64,000 bases of DNA from Camelus ferus (GCF_009834535.1 NC_045697.1:120034001-120098000), one strand, 5' to 3'; counted from the stretch's first letter, positions 40,001 to 55,000 are shown. Notes: a model not told the origin generated them from the sequence alone. Numbers and translations are program-made.

Positions 40001-41605
40001 CCTTCGAACACTCAGGATAACAGAACATATCTTTCTGTGTGTGATTTTGTAGGAAAACACACTCCAGGCATTTTTATGGGGATCCAGGTTTTCCCAGGTT
40101 GGGAGATGTCGTCTTGATTCCTTCAGTGTCCATGGGGTGGCACTGTTTTCTTCTTCCTTTTCAAGCCCAACTCCCAGCTTTCCCTTGCAGCCCGGACAAG
40201 TGAAACACCCATGGAAGACAAATAAGTGATTCTATCAGAACCAAGGCCTTGCTGTCTGTTGGAGTATCCTCCAAAGCTTCAGTATTCTGGAACACGTCTT
40301 TTAGTGTGGGGAGTTGTGGAAACCCAATCCACGCAGATGGATGGGGTCACTGATATGTCCCTGTTAGGGAGAAGTCCGCTAAATACTTCCACATTGAATC
40401 TTGGGGCACTCGCTTCTTCTTAGATTTTCAGCCTATCCCCCAGGTTTCACTGGGAGTCCAGCCTTGTAAAACACTCAGTTATAATAAGCTATGTTTCTAT
40501 TGGAACCCTGGTGCTGCAGACAATTGTAGGTACCTCCCCACAATCAGAATAACAGAACACTAATTTGAGTGTCTCATTTAGATGGGTAAACTAAATTCAC
40601 GCATGTTTCAGTTTGTGTAGGAGTTCCTAGGTTGTGGGAGGTCGGATATTTACATCAACTGTCCATGGGGAGTCCCTAGCAGTTGCTTGGATTCCAGCCC
40701 AACCCCCAGCATTCCCTCGCATCCCGGCCTGTGAAAACACTCAGCGAAAAAAGCTACAGTTTCTATAAGAACTAAGGCGCTCCTGACAGTTGTAGAAACA
40801 TCCCTACACTAAGGAAACAGAACAAAACTTTGTGTGTGTGATGGATTAGGAAAACACTGTAAGGCATGTCTCTGGGGTTCAGGTGTTCGCAGGATGTGAA
40901 ATGTTGGCTAATTACCTCCACTGTCCATGGGGAAGAACTCTCTTCTTCTTCGATATCCAGCCCTAATCCTAGCATTCCCTTGAAGCCCGACCATGGAAAA
41001 CACCCAGGGATGACAAACTAAATAATTCTATCAGAACCAGGGTGCTGCTGTATGTTGGAGGAACCTCCAAACACTCAGGATTCCAGAACACGGATTTGCT
41101 TGGTACGAATTTTGAAGCCCCAGAGCACACTAATTGCTGGGGCCCAAGATTTTCCCTTTTAGGGCTAAGTCCGCTAATTACCTCCATAGTCCATCTCGGG
41201 GCATTCGCTGCTACTTGGATTTAAAGCCCAAACCCAAACTTTCCCAGGCAGACCGGCCTGGGAAGCACACAGGGAAAATATGTTATTGGTTGTAACGGAA
41301 CCCAGTCTCTAGCTACCATTGTAGGAATCTTCCCACAACTAGGATAAAAAAGAATATTTGTGTGTCTGATGGAGATGGGTAAACAAACTCCAAGGATCTA
41401 TCAGGGTGCTTAGTGTTTCCAAGGCTGTGGGACGTCGGAAAATTACCTCAAATTCTCATGCGGAGTAACTCGCTGCTGCTACGAATTACAGCCAAGCCCA
41501 CAGCTTTTCCTGGCAGCCAGGCCTGTGAAAAAACTCATGGAAAACAAAATACTGGTGCTACTAGAACCCAGGCGCTCCTGAAAGTTGTAGAATACTCCGC
41601 ACAAT
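31007..41605 (+). repeat. HOR unit 6: 40-monomer composite (10599 bp) = 20-mer-type unit truncated in m22, fused to m2 of a 24-mer-type unit
   Basis: m1 anchors lie at 31007 and 41606. The junction TCCTAGCATTCCCT|CGCAGCCCGCCCAGG is at ~35684, and 20+24-4=40. Confidence 0.9.
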
Positions 41606-44600
41606 CAGGATAGCAGAACGAATATTTTTGTGTGTGTTGGTGTAGGAAAATACACTCCAGGCATGTTTCTGGTGTTACAGCTCTTCCCAGGTTTGGAGAT
41701 GAGGCCTAATTACCTCCACTTCCAATGGGGAGGCACTCTATACTTCTTCGCTTTCCAGACCAACTCCCTGCTTTCCTTTGAAGCCCGGCATAAGGAAACA
41801 CCTAGGGATGACAATATTATTGATTCTATGAGAACCCCCACTCTGCTGCCTGTTGGAAGTACAACAAACACTCAAAATTCCGGAACATGGCTTTGCTTGG
41901 TGGAGGTATGGAGACCAAAACCACAAGATGCCTGGGGGCACAGTTACTCTCTGTTTGGGAGAATTCCGCTATTTACCTCTACAGTCAATCTCTGGGCAAT
42001 CCTGGCTACTTGGCTTTCCAGCCGAACCCACAGTTTCCCTCGCAGCCCGCCCTGGAAAACACTCAGAAATTATAAGCTAGTGGTTCTATTGGAACCCAGG
42101 ACCTGCAGAACTTTGTAGGAAGCTCCGCACACGCAGGATAACAGAACACATTTTGTGTGTCTGATTGAGATTCTAAAATCTCCACGCATGTTTCAAGGGG
42201 TACAGGTTTTCCTAGATTGGGGGTGTTCAGATTATTCAGAGTTAATGCCCATGGGGAGTTAATCGCTCCTGCTTGGATTTCCATCATATGCCCCAGTTTC
42301 CCTTGCAACCCAGTCAGAGAAAACAGTCAGGAAATTTAGCTAAAGTTTCTATTGGAACCCAGGCGATGCAGACAGTTGTAGAAACTTCTCCATACACAGT
42401 TTAACAGAACACTTCTTTGTGTGTGTGATTGAGTAGGAAAACAGAGTCCATGCATGTCTCTGGGGTGCAGGTGTAACCAGGCTGTGAGACGTTGGCTAAG
42501 TATCTCCACAGCCCATGGGGAGGCACTCAGTTTTTCTTCGTTTACAGCCCTACTCCCAGCTTTCCATTGCAGCCCGGGTTGGAAAACACCCAGGGATGAC
42601 AAACTAAATGATTCTATCAGAAATCAGGCGCTACTGTCTGTTGGAGGAACCTCCACACACACAGGATTAACAAAAACGTCTTTGCTTGGGAGAATTGTGA
42701 AGCCCCACTCCACACACATGGCTGAGGGCACAAGATTTTCCCTGTTAGGTAGAAGTCCGCTAATTACCTCTACAGACAATCATGGGGCACTCGCTTCTAC
42801 TTGGATTTCCATCCCAACCCCCAGGATTCCCTTGCATCCTGGCCTGGGGAAACACACAGGGAAAACAATCTACTGGTGCTATTAGAACACAAGCGAGGCT
42901 GACATTTGTGGAAAACTTCGAACACTCATGATAACAGAGCACATCTTTCTGTGTGGGATGGAGTAGTAAAACACACTCCAGTCATATTTCTGGGGATCCA
43001 GTTTTTCCCAGGTTGGGAGATGTCGGCTAGATTCCTTCAATGCCCATGTTGATGCATTGACTTCTTCTTCGTATTCAAGCCCAACTCCCAACTTTCCCTT
43101 GCATCCCGGTCTAGGATTATACCCAGGGATGACAGTCTAAGTGATTTTTTCAGAGCTACGATGCTGCTGTATTTTTTAGGAACTTCCAGAAACTTAGGAT
43201 TCTGGATCACTTCTATGCTTGGGGGTAGGTTTGGAGACCCACACCACAGAGATGGCTTGGGGCACAGGTTTTTTCCCTGTTAGGGAGATGTCCACTAATT
43301 ACCTCCACAGTCCATCAAGGGTCACTCGCTGCAAAATGGCTTTCCAGCGCAAGCGCAGCATTCCCTCGCAGACCGGCCTGGGAAAACAATCAGGGATAAT
43401 AAACCAGTGGTTCTATTGGAACCGAGGTGCTGCAGAATATTGTAGGATACTCCCCACACCCAGGAAAAGAGAACACTTCTTTGTGTGTCTCATGAAGTTT
43501 CATAAAAAATCTCCACGCGTGTTTCAGGGGTTAAGGTGTTGCTAGTTAGTGGGAGTTCAGAAAATTCCCACCAATGCCCATGGGGAGGCACTCGCTCCTT
43601 CTTGGCTTTCCAGCCAACCCACAGATTTCCCTCTCAGCACGGCCTGGGAAAACACTCAGGGATAATATGCTATTGGTTGTTTTGGAACCCAGTAGCTACC
43701 TACATTTGTAGGCTCCTTCCCACATCTGGGATAACAAAAGAAAACTTTGTGTGTCTGATGGAGATGGGTAAACAATCTCCAAGCATATTTCAGCTGGCAC
43801 AGGTGTTCCAAGGCTGTGGGACGTCGGAAAATTACCTCAAATTCTCATGGGGAGTATCTCACTGCTGCTACAAAATACAGCCAAACCCACAGCTTTACCT
43901 CGCAGCTAGGCTTGTGTAAACACTCACGGAAAAGAAAATACTGGTGCTATTAGAACCCAGGCGCTGCTGATATTTGTAGAATCCTCCCCACACTCAGGAT
44001 AGCAGAACACATCTTTGTGTGTGTGATGGTGTAGAAAAATACACTCCAGGCATATTTCTGGGGGTACAGCTGTTCCCAGGTTTGGAGATGTCGCCTAATT
44101 ACCTCCACTGCCAATGTGGAGGCAATCTATACTTCTTCGCTTTGCAGAACATTTCCCAAATTTCCCTTGCAGCCCGGCCTATTAAAACACCTAGGGATGA
44201 CAATATTAGTGATTCTATCAGAACCTCCGCTCTGCTGCCTGTTGGAGGTACAACACACACTCAAAATTCCGGAACATGTCTTTGCTTGGTGGTGGATTTG
44301 AGACCAACACCACAAGATGCCTGGGGGCACAGTTTCTCTCTGTTTGGGAGAATTCCACTAATTACCTCTACAGTCAATTTCTGGGCAATCCTGGCTACTT
44401 GGCTTTCCAGACGAACCCCCAGATTCCCTCGCAGCCCGACCTGTTAAACACTTAGAGATTATAAGCTAGAGGTTCTATTGGAAACAAGGCACTGCAGACC
44501 GTTGTAGGAAGCTCCGCACACGCAGGATAACAGAACATTTTTTTTGTGTCTGAATGAAATGCTAAAAACTGCACACAAGTTTCAGGGGGTACAGGTTTTC

Positions 44601-47600
44601 CTATGTTGGGCTAGGTCAGATTATTCCCATTAATGCCCATGGGGTGGTAATCGCTCCTGCTTAGATTTCCATCCCATCCCCCAGTTTCCATTGCAACCCA
44701 ATCAGAGAAAACAGTCAGGAAATTTAGCTAAAGTTTCTATTAGAACCAAGAAGATGCTGACAGTTGTAGGAACTTCCCCATACACAGGGTAACAGAACAC
44801 TTCTTTGTGTGTGTGATTGAGTAGGAAAACAAACTCCATGCATGTTTTTTGGGTGCAGGTGTAACCAGGCTGTGAGTCTTTGGATAATTATCTCCACAGC
44901 CCATGGGGAGGCACTCTATTTTTCTTCATTTTCCAGCCCTACTCCCAGCTTTCAATTGCAGCCCGGGTTAGGAAAACACCCTGGGATTATAAACTAAGTG
45001 ATTCTATCAGAACACCGGGCTTCTCTCTGATGGAAGGACCTCCACACACACAGGATTAACAAACAAGTCTTTGCCTGGGAGAATTGTGAAGCCCCACTCC
45101 ACACACATGGCTGATGGCCCAAGTTTTTCCCTGTTAGGTAGAAGTCCGCTAATTACCTCTACATACGATCGTGGGGCACTCGCTTCTACTTGGATTTCCA
45201 TCCCAACACCCAGGATTCCCTTGCAGCCCGGCCTGGGGAAAAACACAGTGAAAAGAATCTACTGGTGTTATTAGAACACATGCGCTGCTGACAATTGTGG
45301 AAACCTTCGAACACTCATGATAACAGAGCACATCTTTCTGTGTGGGACGGAGTAGTAAAACACACTCCAGACATTTTTCTGGGGATCCAGTTTTTCCCAG
45401 GTTGGGAGATGTCCCCTAGATTCCTTCAATGCCCATGTTGATACATTGACTTCTTCTTCATTTTCAAGCCCAACTCCCAACTTTCCCTTGCATCCCGGTC
45501 TAGGATTATACCCAGGGATGACAGTCTAAGTGATTTTATCAGAGCTAAGATGCTGCTGTATTTTTTAATAACTTCCAGAAACTTAGGATTCTGGATCACG
45601 TCTATGCTTGGGGGTAGCTTTGGAGACCCACACAACAGAGATGGCTTGGGGCACAGGATTTTCCCTGTTAGGGAGATGTCCACTAATTACCTCCACAGTG
45701 CATCTCGGGTCACTCGCTGCTACATGGCTTTCCAGCGCAAGCGCAGCATTACCTCGCAGGCCGGCCTGGGAAAACAATAAGGGATAATAAGCCAGTGGTT
45801 CTATTGGAACCCAGGTGCTACAGAACAGTGTAGGATACTCCCCACACCAAGGAAAATAGAACACTTCTTGGTGTGTCTCATGCAGATTCGTAAAAATACT
45901 CCACGCGTGTTTCAGGGGTTAAGGTGTTGCTAGTTAGTGGGAGTTCGGGTAATTCCCTCCAATGCCCATGGGGAGGCATTCGCTCCTGCTTGGATTTCCA
46001 GCCCAACCCCCAGCTGTCCCTCTCACCCGGGCCTGGGAAAACACTCAGGGATAATATGCTATTGGTTTAATTGGAACCCAGTCGCTACCTAAATTTGTAG
46101 GCTCCTTCCGACATCTGGGATAACAGAAGAAATCATTGTGGGTCTGATGGAGATGGGTAAACAAACTCCACGCATGTTTTTGGGGGCACAGGTGTTCCAA
46201 GGCTGTGGGACGTCGGAAAATTACCTCAAATTCTCATGGGGAATATCTCACTGCTGCTACGAAATTCAGCCAAACCCACAGCTTTACCTCACAGCTAGGC
46301 GTGTGAAAACTCTCACGGAAAAGAAAATACTGGTTCTATTAGAACCCAGGCGCTGCTGATATTTGTAGAATCCTCCCCACACTCAGGATAGCAGAACACA
46401 ACTTTGTGTGTGTGATGGTGTAGAAAAATACACTCCAGGCATATTTCTGGGGGTACAGCTGTTCCCAGGTTTGGAGATGTCGCCTAATTAACTCCACTGC
46501 CAATGGGGAGGCAATCTATACTTCTTCACTTTGCAGACCATCTCCCAAATTTCCCTTACAGCCCGGCCTAAGAAAACACCTAGTGTTGAAAATATTAGTG
46601 ATTCTATGAGAAAACCTCGCTGTCGCCTTTTGGAGGTACAACGCAATCTCAAATTTCTGGAACATGACTTTGCTTGGTGGAGGTGTGGAGTCCAACACCA
46701 CAAGATTCCTGGGGGCACCTTTCTCTCTCTCTGGGAGAAGTCTGCTTATTACCTCTACAGTGAATCTCTGGGCACTCGTTGCTACTTGGCTTTCAAGCCG
46801 AACCACAAGTTTCCCTCGCATCCCGCCCTGGAAAACACTCAGAGATAATAAGTTAATGGTTCTATTGGTACTCAAGCACTGCAGACCGTTGTAGGAACCT
46901 ACGCACATGCAGGATAACAGAAAAATTTTTTTGTGTCTCATTGAGATGGTAAAAGCTCCACGCATATTTCAGGGTGTACTGGTGTTCCTAGGTTGTGGGA
47001 GGTCAGATACATCCCACTACAGCCCATGGGGAAGTACTCGATCTGGCTTGGCTTTCCAGCCCATCCCCCATTTTCCTTTTCAACCCAGTCTGAGAAAACA
47101 ATCAGGAAATGTAGCTAAAGTTTCTACCAGTGCCCCGGAGCTGCAGTCTGTTGTAGGAAATTCAACACACACAGGATTCCCAAACACGGCTTTGCTTGGA
47201 AGGGTTTTGAAGCCCCAATCCACAAACATGGCTGGGGGCACAAGTTATTCCTTGTTAGGAAGAAGTCCGCTAATTAGCTCTACAGTCCTTCTGGGGCACC
47301 CGCGGCTACTTGGAATTCCAGCCCAACCCCCATTTTTCCCTTGCAGCCTGGCCTGGGTTAACACAGAAGGATAAGAAGCTATTGGTGCTATTTGAACTCA
47401 TGCCCTGCTGAAAATTGTGGAAAACTTCGAACACTCAGGATAACAGAACTTATCTTTCTGTGTGTGAGGGAGTAGGAAAACACACTCCAGGCATGTTTTT
47501 GGGGTACAGCTTTTCCCAGGATGGGATAGGACGTCTAATTAACTTCGCTTCCAATGTGGAGGCACACTATACTTCTTCGCTTTCCAGACCTACTCACAGC

Positions 47601-49019
47601 TTTCCTTTGAAGCCGGCCTAAGGAAACACCTAGGGATGACAATATTAGCGATTCTATCAGAACCTCCTCTCTGCTGACTGTTGGAGGTACAACACACACT
47701 CAAAATTCTGGAACATGGCTTTGCTTGGTGGATGTATGGAGACCAACACCACAATATGCCTGGGGGAACAGTTTCTCTCTGTCTGGGAGAACTACGCTCA
47801 TTACCTCTACAGTCAAACTCTGGGGAATCCTGGATACTAGGCTTTCTAGCCGAACCCACAGTTTCCCTCGTAGCCCGCCCGGGAACACACTCAGAGATTA
47901 TAAGCTAGTGGTTCTATTGGAACCCAGGCACTGCAGATCGTTGTAGGAAGCTCAGCACACGCAGGATAACAGAATACATTTTTTGTGTCTGATTGAGATG
48001 GTAAAAATTCTACGCATGTTTCAGGGGGTACAGGTTTTCCTAGGTTGGGGGAGGTCAGATTATTCCCATTATTGCCCATGGGGACGTAATCGCTCCTGCT
48101 TGGATTTCCATCCCATCCCCCAGTTTCCCTTGCAACCCATTCAGAGGAAACAGTCAGGAAATATAGCTAAAGTTTCTATTAGAACACAGGCGCTGCTGAC
48201 AGTTGTAAAAACCTCCCCATACACAGGTAACAGAACACTTCTTGGTGTGAGATGGAGTAGGAATACACAGTACATGCATGTATCTGTGGTGCAGGTGTAA
48301 CCATTTTGGGAGACATTGGCTAAGTATCTCCACAGCCCATGGGGATGCACTCAGTTTTCTTCGATTTCCAGCCCTATTCCCAGCATTCCCTTGAAGCCCG
48401 GGTTAGGAAAACACTCAGGAATCACAAACTAACTCATTCAATCAGAACCAGTGCGCTGCTGTATGTGTGGAGGAACCTTCAAACACTCAGGATTCCGGAA
48501 CTCGGATTTGCTTGGTGCGAATTGTGAAGCCTCACAGCACACTCAATCCTGGGGCCCAAGATTTTCCCTTTTAGGGCCATGTCCGCAAATTACCTCCATA
48601 GTCCATCTCGGGGCACTCGCTGCTACTTGGAATTCCAGCCCAAACCCAAGCTTTCCCTCACAATTCGGCCTCGGAAAACACACAGGGAAAATATATTATT
48701 GGTTGTAATGGAACCCAGTCTCTACCTAACTTTGTAGGAACCTTCCCATAACTAGGATAAAAGAAGAAATATTTGTGTGTCTGATGGAGATGGGTAAACA
48801 CACTCCAAGCATGTATCAGTGTGCTTAGTGTTTCCAAGGCTGTGGGACGTCGGAAAATTACCTCAAATTCTCATGGGGTGTAACTCGATGCTGCTACGAA
48901 ATACAGCCAAGACCACAGTTTACCTGGCAGCCAGGCCAGTGAAAAAACTCATGGAAAACAAAATAATGGTGCTACTAGAACCCAGGCGCTGCTGAAAATT
49001 GTAGAATACTCCGCACACT
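41606..49019 (+). repeat. HOR unit 7: 28-monomer variant (7414 bp): m1-m10, diverged m2-m9 again, m10-m17, chimeric m18/m23, m24
   Basis: m1 anchors lie at 41606 and 49020. Register jumps occur at ~44210 (-9) and ~48610 (+5), and 24+9-5=28. Confidence 0.85.
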
Positions 49020-52000
49020 CAGGATAGCAGAACAAATTTTTTGTGTGTGATTATGTAGGGAAATACTCTCCAGGCATATTTCTGGTGTCACAGCTGTTCC
49101 CAGGTTTGGAGATGTCGCCTAATTACCTCCACTTCCAATTTGGAGGCACTCTATATTTCTTCGCTTTCCAGACCAACTCCCTGCTTTCCTTTGAAGCCCG
49201 GCCTAAGGAAACACCTAGGGATGACAATATTATTGATTTTATGAGAACACGCGCTCTGCTGCCTTTTGGAGGTACAACACACAGTCAAAAATCCGGAACA
49301 TGGCTTTGCTTGGAGGAGGTATGGAGACCAAAACCACAAGATGCCTGGGGGCACAGTTACTCTCTGTTTGGGAGAATTCCGCTATTTACCTCTACAGTCA
49401 ATCTCTGGGCAATCCTGGCTAATTGGATTTCCAGCCGAACCCCAAGTTTCCCCCGCAGCCCGCCCTGGAAAACACTCAGAGATTATAAGCTAGTGGTTCT
49501 ATTGGAACTCAGGCACTGCAGACTGTTGTAGGAAGATCCTCACATGCAGGATAACAGAACACAATTTGTGTGTCTGATTGAGATTCTAAAATCTCCATGC
49601 ATGTTTGAAGGGGTACAGGTTTTCCTAGATTGGGGGTGTTCAGATTATTCAGAGTTAATGCCCATGGGGTGTTAATCGCTCCTGCTTGGATTTCCATCAT
49701 ATCCCCGAGTTTCCCTTGCAACCCAGTCAGAGAAAACAGTCAGGAAATTTAGCTAAAATTTCTATTGGAACCCTGGCGATGCTGAGAGTTGTAGAAACTT
49801 CTCCATACACAGTTAAACAGAACACTTCTTTGTGTGTGTGATTGAGTAGGAAAACAGAGTCCATGCATGTCTCTGGGGTGCAGGTGTAACCAGGCTGTGA
49901 GACGTTGGCTAAATATCTCCACAGCCCATGGGGATGCACTCAGTTTTTCTTCCTTTACAGCCCTAATCCCAGCTTTCCATTGCAGCCCGGGTTGGAAAAC
50001 ACCCAGGGATGACAAACTAAATGATTCTATCAGAAATCAGGTGCTACTGTCTCTTGGAGGAACCTCCACACACACAGGATTAACAAACACGTCTTTGCTT
50101 GGGAGAATTGTAAAGCCCCACTCCACACACAAGGCTGAGGGCACAAGTTTTTCCCTGTTAGGTAGAAGTCCGCTAATTACCTCTGCAGACAATAATGGGG
50201 CACTCGCTTCTACTTGGATTTCCATCCCAACCCCCAGGATTCCCTTGCAGCCCGGCCTGGGGAAACACACAGGGAAAGAATCTACTGGTGCTATTAGAAC
50301 ACATGCGAGGCTGACATTTGTGGAAAACTTCGAACACTCATGATGACAGAGCACATCTTTCTGTGTGTGAAGGAGTAGTAAAACACACTCCAGTCATATT
50401 TCTGGGGATCCAGTTTTTCCCAGGTTGGGAGATGTCGGCTAGATTCCTTCAATGCCCATGTTGATGCATTGACTTCTTCTTCGTTTTCAAGCCCAACTCC
50501 CAACTTTCCCTTGCATCCCGGTCTAGGATTATACCCAGGGATGACAGTCTAAGTGATTTTTTCAGAGCTACGATGCTGCTGTATTTTTTAGGAACTTCCA
50601 GAAACTTAGGATTCTGGATCACTTCTATGCTTGGGGGTAGCTTTGGAGACCCACACCACAGAGATGGCTTGGGGCACAGGTTTTTCCCTGTTAGGGAGAT
50701 GTCCGCTAATTACCTCCACATTCCATCACGAGTCACTCGCTGCAACATGGCTTTCCAGCGCAAGCACAGCATTCCCTCGCAGGCCGGGCTGGGAATACAA
50801 TCAGGGATAATAATCCAGTGGTTCTATTGGAACCCAGGTGCTGCAGAACATTGTAGGATACTCCCCACACCCAGGACAAGAGAACACTTCTTTGTGTGTC
50901 TCATGAAGTTTCCTAAAAATACTCCACGCGTGTTTCAGTGGTTAAGGTGTTGCTAGATAGTGGGAGTTCGGAAAATTCCCACCAATGCCCATGGGGAGGC
51001 ACTCGCTCCTGCTTGGCTTTCCAGCCCAACCCCCAGCTTTCCCTCTCAGCACGGCCTGGGAAAACACTCAGGGATAATATGCTATTGGTTGTATTGGAAC
51101 CCAGTAGCTACCTACCTTTGTAGGCTCCTTCCCACATCTGGGATAACAGAAGAAAACTTTGTGTGTCTGATGGAGATGGGTAAACAAACTCCACGCATAT
51201 TTCAGGGGGCACAGGTGTTCCAAGGCTGTGGGACGTCGGAAAATTACCTCAAATTCTCATGGGGTGTATCTCACTGCTGCTACGAAATACAGCCAAACCC
51301 ACAGCTTTACCTCGCAGCTAGGCTTGTGTAAACACTCACGGAAAAGAAAATACTGGTGCTATTAGAACACAGGCGCTGCTGATATTTGTAGAATCCTCCC
51401 CACACTCAGGATAGCAGAACACATTTTTGTGTGTGTGATGGTGTAGCAAAATACACTCCATGCATATTAATGGGGGTACAGCTGTTCCCAGGTTTGGAGA
51501 TGTCGCCTAATTACCTCCACTGTCAATGGGGAGGCACTCTATACTTCTTCGCTTTCCAGACTAATTCCCAGCTTTCCTTTGAAGCCCGGCCTAAGGAAAC
51601 ACCTAGGGATGACAATATTTGCGATTCTATCAGAACCCCATCTCTGCTGACATTTGGAGGTAAAACACACACTCAAAATTCTGGAACATGGCTTTGCTTG
51701 GTGGAGGTATGGAGACCAACACCACAATATGCCTGGGGGCACAGTTTCTCTCTGTCTGGTAGAAGTCCGCTCATTACCTCTACAATCAATCTCTGGGTAA
51801 ACCTGGCTAATTGGCTTTCCAGCCGAACCCCCAGTTTCCCTCGTATCCCGCCCTGGAACACACTAAGAGATTATAAGCTAGTGGTTCTATTGGAACCAAG
51901 GCACTGCAGACCGTTTTAGGTAGCTCCACACACGCAGGTTAACAGAAAATTTATTTTGTGTCTGATAGAGATGTAAAAAATTCCACGCATGTTTCAGCGG

Positions 52001-55000
52001 GTACAGTTTTACCCAGGTACGGGGAGGTCAGATTATTCCCATTAATGCCCATGGGGAGGTAATCGCTCCTGCTTGTATTTCCATACAATCCCCCAGTTTC
52101 CCTTGCAACCCAGTCAGAGAAAACAGTCAGGAAATATAGCTAAAATTTCTGTTAGAAACCAGGCGCTGCTGACAGTTGTAGAAACCTCCCCATACACAGG
52201 GAAACAGAACACTTCTTTGTGTGTGAGATGGAGTAGAAATAAACAGTACATGCATGTATCAATGGTGCAGGTGTAACCAGTTTGGGAGACTTTGGCTAAG
52301 TATCTCCACAGCCCATGGGGATGCACTCTGTTTTCTTCGATTTCCAGCCCTACTCCCAGCTTTCCCTTGCAGCCCGTGTTAGGAAAACACTCAGGGATGA
52401 CAAACTAAATCATTCTATCAGAACCAGTGCGCTGCTGTATGTGTGGAGGAACCTCCAAACACTCAATATTCTGGAAAACGTATTTGCTTGGTGCGAAATG
52501 TGAAGCCCCACAGCACACTCAAACCTGGGGGCCAAGATTTTCCCTTTTAGGGCCAAGTCCGCTAATTACCTCCATAGTCCATCTCTGGGTACTCACTGCT
52601 ACTTGGATTAACAGTCCAACACGCATGTTTCCCTTGTAGCCCGGCCTGGGGTAACACAGAGTGAAAAGAAGCTATTGGTGCTATTCGAACCCATGCCCTG
52701 CTGACAAATGTGGAAACCTTCGAACACTAAGGATAACAGAACATATCTTTCTGTGTGTGATGGTGTAGGAAAACACACTCCAGGCATTTTTATGGGGATC
52801 CAAGTTTTCCCAGGTTGGGAGATGTCGTCTTGATTCCTTCAGTGTCCATGGGGTGGCACTGTTTCTTCTTCCTTTTCAAGCCCAACTCCCAGCTTTCCCT
52901 TGCAGCCCGGACAAGTGAAACACCCATGGAAGACAAATAAGTGATTCTATCAGAACCCCGGTGTTGCTGTCTGTTGGAGGATCCTCCAAAGCTTCAGTAT
53001 TCTGGAACACGTCTTTTAGTGTGGGGAGTTGTGGAACCCCAATCCACGCAGATGGATGGGGTCACAGATATGTCCCTGTTAGGGAGAAGTCCGCTAATTA
53101 CCTCCACAGTGAATCTTGGGGCACTCGCTTCTTCTTAGATTTTCACTCTGTCCGCCAGTATTCACTCGCAGCCCGGCCTAGTAAAACACTCAGTGATAAT
53201 AAGCTATGTTTCTATTGGAACCCTGGTGCTGCAGACAATTGTAGGTACCTCCCCACAATCAGAATAACACAACAATAATTTGAGTGTCTCATTTAGATTG
53301 GTAAACAAATTCACGCATGTTTCAGTTTGTATAGGAGTTCCTAGGTTGTGGGAGGTCGGATATTTACATCCACTGTCCATGGGGAGTCCCTTGCAGTTGC
53401 TTGGATTCCAGCCCAACCCCCAGCATTCCCTCGCATCCCGGCCTGTGAAAACACTCAGGGAAAAAAGCTACAGTTTCTATAAGAACTATGGCGCTCCTGA
53501 CAGTTGTAGAAACATCCCTACACTAAGGAAAACAGAACAAAGCTTTGTGTGTGTGATGGATTAGGAAAACTCAGTAAGGCATGTCTCTGGGGTTCAGGTG
53601 TTCGCAGGTTGTGAAATGTTGGCTAATTACCTCCACTGCCCATGGGGAAGAACTCTCTTCTTCTTCGATATCCAGCCCTAATCCTAGCATTCCCTCGCAG
53701 CCCGCCCAGGAAAACACTCAGAAATTATAAGCTAGTGGTTCTATTGGAACCAAGGACTTGCAGATCTTTGTAGGAAGCTCCGCACACGCAGGATAACAGA
53801 ACATATTTTGTGTGTCTGATTGAGATTCTAAAATCTCCACGCATGTTTCAAGGGGTACAGGTTTTCCTAGATTGGGGGTGTTCAGATTATTCAGAGTTAA
53901 TGCCCATGGGGAGTTAATCGCTCCTGCTTGAATTTCCATCATATCCCCCAGTTTCCCTTGCAACCCAGTCAGAGAAAACAGTCAGGAAATTTAGCTAAAG
54001 TTTCTTTTATAACCCAGGCGATGCTTACAGTTGTAGAAACTTCTCCATACACAGTTTAACAGAACACTTCTTTGTGTGTGTGATTGAGTAGGAAAACAGA
54101 GTCCATGCATGTCTCTGGGGTGCAGGTGTAACCAGGCTGTGAGACGTTGGCTAAGTATCTCCACAGCCCATGGGGAGGCACTCAGTTTTTCTTCGTTTAC
54201 AGCCCTACTCCCAGCTTTCCATTGCAGCCCGGGTTGGAAAACACCCAGGGATGACAAACTAAATGATTCTATCAGAAATCAGGCGCTACTGTCTCTTGGA
54301 GGAACCTCCACACACACAGGATTAACAAACACGTCTTTGCTTGGGAGAATTGTGAAGCCCCACTCCACACACATGGCTGAGGGCACAAGATTTTCCCTGT
54401 TAGGTAGAAGTCCGCTAATTACCTCTACAGACAATCATGGGGCACTCGCTTCTACTTGGATTTCCATCCCAACCCCCAGGATTCCCTTGCAGCCCGGCCT
54501 GGGGAAACACACAGGGAAAACAATCTACTGGTGCTATTAGAACACATGCGAGGCTGACATTTGTGGAAAACTTCGAACACTCATGATAACAGAGCACATC
54601 TTTCTGTGTGTGAAGGAGTAGTAAAACACACTCCAGTCATATTTCTGGGGATCCAGTTTTTCCCAGGTTGGGAGATGTCGGCTAGATTCCTTCAATGCCC
54701 ATGTTGATGCATTGACTTCTTCTTCGTTTTCAAGCCCAACTCCCAACTTTCCCTTGCATCCCGGTCTAGGATTATACCCAGGGATGACAGTCTAAGTGAT
54801 TTATTCAGAGCTACGATGCTGCTGTATTTTTTAGGAACTTCCAGAAACTTAGGATTCTGGATCAATTCTATGCTTGGGGGTAGCTTTGGAGACCCACACC
54901 ACAGAGATGGCTTGGGTCACAGGTTTTTCCCTGTTAGGGAGATGTCCACTAATTTCCTTCAGAATACATCAAGGTTCACTCGCTGCAAAATGGCTTTCCA

